DNA of 24,008 nucleotides, taken from positions 1 to 24,008 of the forward strand of contig JAQGDQ010001826.1 of NCBI GenBank assembly GCA_030141605.1, read 5' to 3'. A model generated the notes under the pieces. It was not told the DNA's origin. It did not search any database and saw only the letters and a list, made by a program, of their open reading frames with translations. Position numbers and translations under genes: made by a program. Source of the stretch: Tubiluchus corallicola (taxonomy: Eukaryota; Animalia; Priapulida). Of the stretch, positions 21,659-24,008 are shown one piece after another (position 1 is the stretch's first letter; the number at the start of each line of letters is the position of its first letter).

Positions 21659-22010
21659 CAGTGTTCCCTCGCTACTTTGCGGTTCGTTTATCGCGGATTT
21701 TCAAAAATATTTATCGCGGTATTTTCGCTGTTTCGCGGGTTTTTGTGGTAGTCTGTCTGAAGTATTTTTGCACATGCATAGTACGTATTGTACAGTAATG
21801 TATAGATTTGATGAATTTTGCATAAAATATTAAAAATCATAAAAATTACCATTTACAGTAAATAGTGTATTTATTCGGCGGATGAATACAAAGCAAAAAC
21901 AAAATGTAGTACTTGCGCCCGCAAATAAGTATAGCGTCCCTACTTCACGGAAATTCACTTACCGCCGGTGGGCCTGGAACGGAACACACGTGATAAGCGA
22001 GGGAACACTG
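21659..22010. mobile_element. pogo/Tigger-like MITE
   Basis: TA|CAGTGTTCCCTCGCT ... AGCGAGGGAACACTG|TT, a perfect 15-bp TIR, with ATCGCGG subterminal motifs. Confidence 0.88.
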
Positions 22011-22651
22011 TTTTTTTGTTTAATTTAAAACTAAACATCAAGTATCTTGCTAAGCTTATAATGCCGATTTCAAAAAAATTGAGAAGAAACACATGATCAT
22101 TGTAAAAAACAAATTCTTACATCTTACAACATCTTGTCCAAAATTTCCAACGTTCAAATTATCGAGATCACAGTTGGTAAGAATTCGATATGCAATATGG
22201 CTCTACCTTAGTCCTATTTGTGCTGTGGCATTCTGTAGTGTGTATGGCATTTATGGATGTGGCAGCTCCTGTGATTCGCAGTCTTAATTTAGTTAATGAC
22301 ATCATCAGCTAAGTTGGGCAGTTTACCAATCAAAAGTCACTAAGTTAGCGTAACGCAATTTCCGCGGGTGTCGGCAGTTGCTAAGTGTCACCTAAAGCCT
22401 GTCTTTCTCGTTGCGGTTCAACAAAAAAGCATTGGCAAATGCCAAAATTGGAGCTCCGGTTGGAACGCCCGGGAATGGACCGCTTGATCCGGCTATGTCA
22501 CAGTGACTGTAGCGAATTGGTTGCTTAGAGTCTATGCCGTGCTGGAACAAAACAAAAGCCAAAAATTATCAGTTAATCTGCAAAAAACTTTCACTCGCGT
22601 GCTCACAGAACAGTTTAGTCCTTTGTATCTTTCTAGGACCATAGTTTAATT

Positions 22652-23346
22652 CAGTGTTTTTCAACCAGTGTGCCGCAGCACACTGATGTGCCGTGAGAGA
22701 TCATCAGGTGTGCCGTGGGAAATTATCTAATATCACCTAATTAACCATTGTCGGGTGTCTGTGCTGTAATAAAGTGAGGCCGATAATGTAATACTCTTCT
22801 ATTTCAGTGGGTGGCAGCAGAGAGCGATAAATGCTTGTAAAGTCAGTAGAGTTAGTGTTTATGTACAGCATCATTACAAATATACTAACTTGACTCTCAA
22901 AACACTGCGGGATTGAATGATAAACAAGAGAATTATCGCTGTTGTATGTTTGCTTAGTAAATTCGTATACAGTTTACTTTGAGCACATAACTGGTTTAGA
23001 TATACCATAGTTTAGATTTGCTATATATACAAATGTAAATGTGTTGCGGGCAATCAACCACAGACGGCTTCATTAATATAGTAAGTTTTCAGGCTTCTTT
23101 AGAACTATCAATCGACTTGATCAGGCGTAATTGTAGGGCCAAAGAATTCCACAATTTGGAGGCAGGAGACGTGAACGATTATGTGACTAGCCTGCCACGT
23201 GAGACTTCAAGATTTCACCACTTTCTGTGCTGACGCATCAGTCAGAATGGTCACGTGACGCATCAGTCAGAATGGTTGGTGGTGTGCCCGAGGATTTTGG
23301 AAATGTAAAAAATGTGCCGTGGCTCAAAAAAGGTTGAAAATTACTG
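22652..23346. mobile_element. hAT-Charlie-like MITE forming the palindrome spacer
   Basis: TIRs CAGTGTTTTTCAACC / GGTTGAAAATTACTG with multiple GTGTGCCG subterminal motifs. Internal 25-bp duplication at 23231-23276. No direct 8-bp TSD. Confidence 0.85.
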
Positions 23347-23972
23347 GAACTAAACTATGGTCCTAAGAAAATTCAAAGGACTAAACTGTTCTGTGAGCAC
23401 GCGAGTGAAAGTTTTTTGCAGATTAACTGATAATTTTTGGCTTTTGTTTTGTTCCAGCACGGCATAGACTCTAAGCAACCAATTCGCTACAGTCACTGTG
23501 ACATAGCCGGATCAAGCGGTCCATTCCCGGAGCGTTTCAACTGAACTCCAATTTTGGCATTTGCCAATGCTTTTTCATTGGTACAACATCAAAGACAGAC
23601 TTTGGTGTTATTTAGCAACTGCCGACACCCGCGAGTGCGTTACGCTAACTTAGTGACTTTTGATTGGTAAACTGCTAACTAGCTGATGATGTCATTAACT
23701 AAATTAAGACTGCGAATCACAGGAGCTGCCACATCCATGCCATACACACTACAGAATGCCAGCACAAATAGGACTAAGGTGACCATATTGCATATGGAAT
23801 TCTTACCAACTGTGATCTCGATAATTTGAACGTTGGAAATTTTGGACAAGATGTTGTAAGATGTAAGAATTTGTTTTTTACAATGATCATGTGTTTCTTC
23901 TCAATTTTTTTGAAATCGGCATTATAAGCTTAGCAAGATACTTGATGTTTAGTTTTAAATTAAACAAAAAAA

Positions 23973-24008
23973 CAGTGTTCCCTCGCTTATCACGTGTGTT
24001 CCGTTCCA
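23973..24008. mobile_element. Inverted duplicate of the end of the 21659-22010 MITE, truncated by the window
   Basis: CAGTGTTCCCTCGCTTATCACGTGTGTTCCGTTCCA is the reverse complement of 21975-22010. Confidence 0.9.

Larger units (their letters stand above)
21975..24008. repeat. Long inverted duplication: arms 21975-22651 and 23348-24008, continuing past the window end, with a ~695-bp spacer
   Basis: The right arm is the reverse complement of the left. The arms read as identical over ~21975-22186 and ~22470-22625, with clustered mismatches and indels in between. Confidence 0.95.

Noticed and set aside
22994-23017. GTTTAGAT repeated twice and ACCATAGTTTAG echoing the palindrome flank inside the hAT spacer
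   Set aside because: A 12-bp match with no adjacent TIR; it cannot be distinguished from chance without the family consensus.

Overview
AT-rich, intron-containing eukaryotic DNA, most likely from an invertebrate animal; the species cannot be read from the sequence. There are no prokaryotic features, no CRISPR array and no rRNA. The + strand carries the last four coding exons of a condensin II subunit G2 gene (NCAPG2-like: 2366-2559, 3338-3487, 4854-5043, 17948-18318), all splice-phase compatible. Its ~12.9-kb last intron holds a complete antisense three-exon gene for a 138-aa GPI-anchored Ly6/uPAR (three-finger, quiver/sleepless-like) protein with only 8 domain cysteines. The CAP-G2 C-terminus keeps the Plk1 polo-box docking motif (VMSTL) and has gained a 5x13-aa acidic coding repeat with Plk1-consensus and beta-TrCP-degron-like motifs. 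The rest is dense with non-autonomous DNA transposons (piggyBac, hAT, pogo/Tigger, Harbinger-like), truncated LINEs and a SINE, and nine unrelated minisatellites covering ~16% of the window. A >=2-kb palindrome whose spacer is exactly one hAT MITE runs off the right edge. Most ORFs in the supplied track are repeat-derived or chance ORFs. Family assignments come from motif recognition and recalled sequences, not from database searches.
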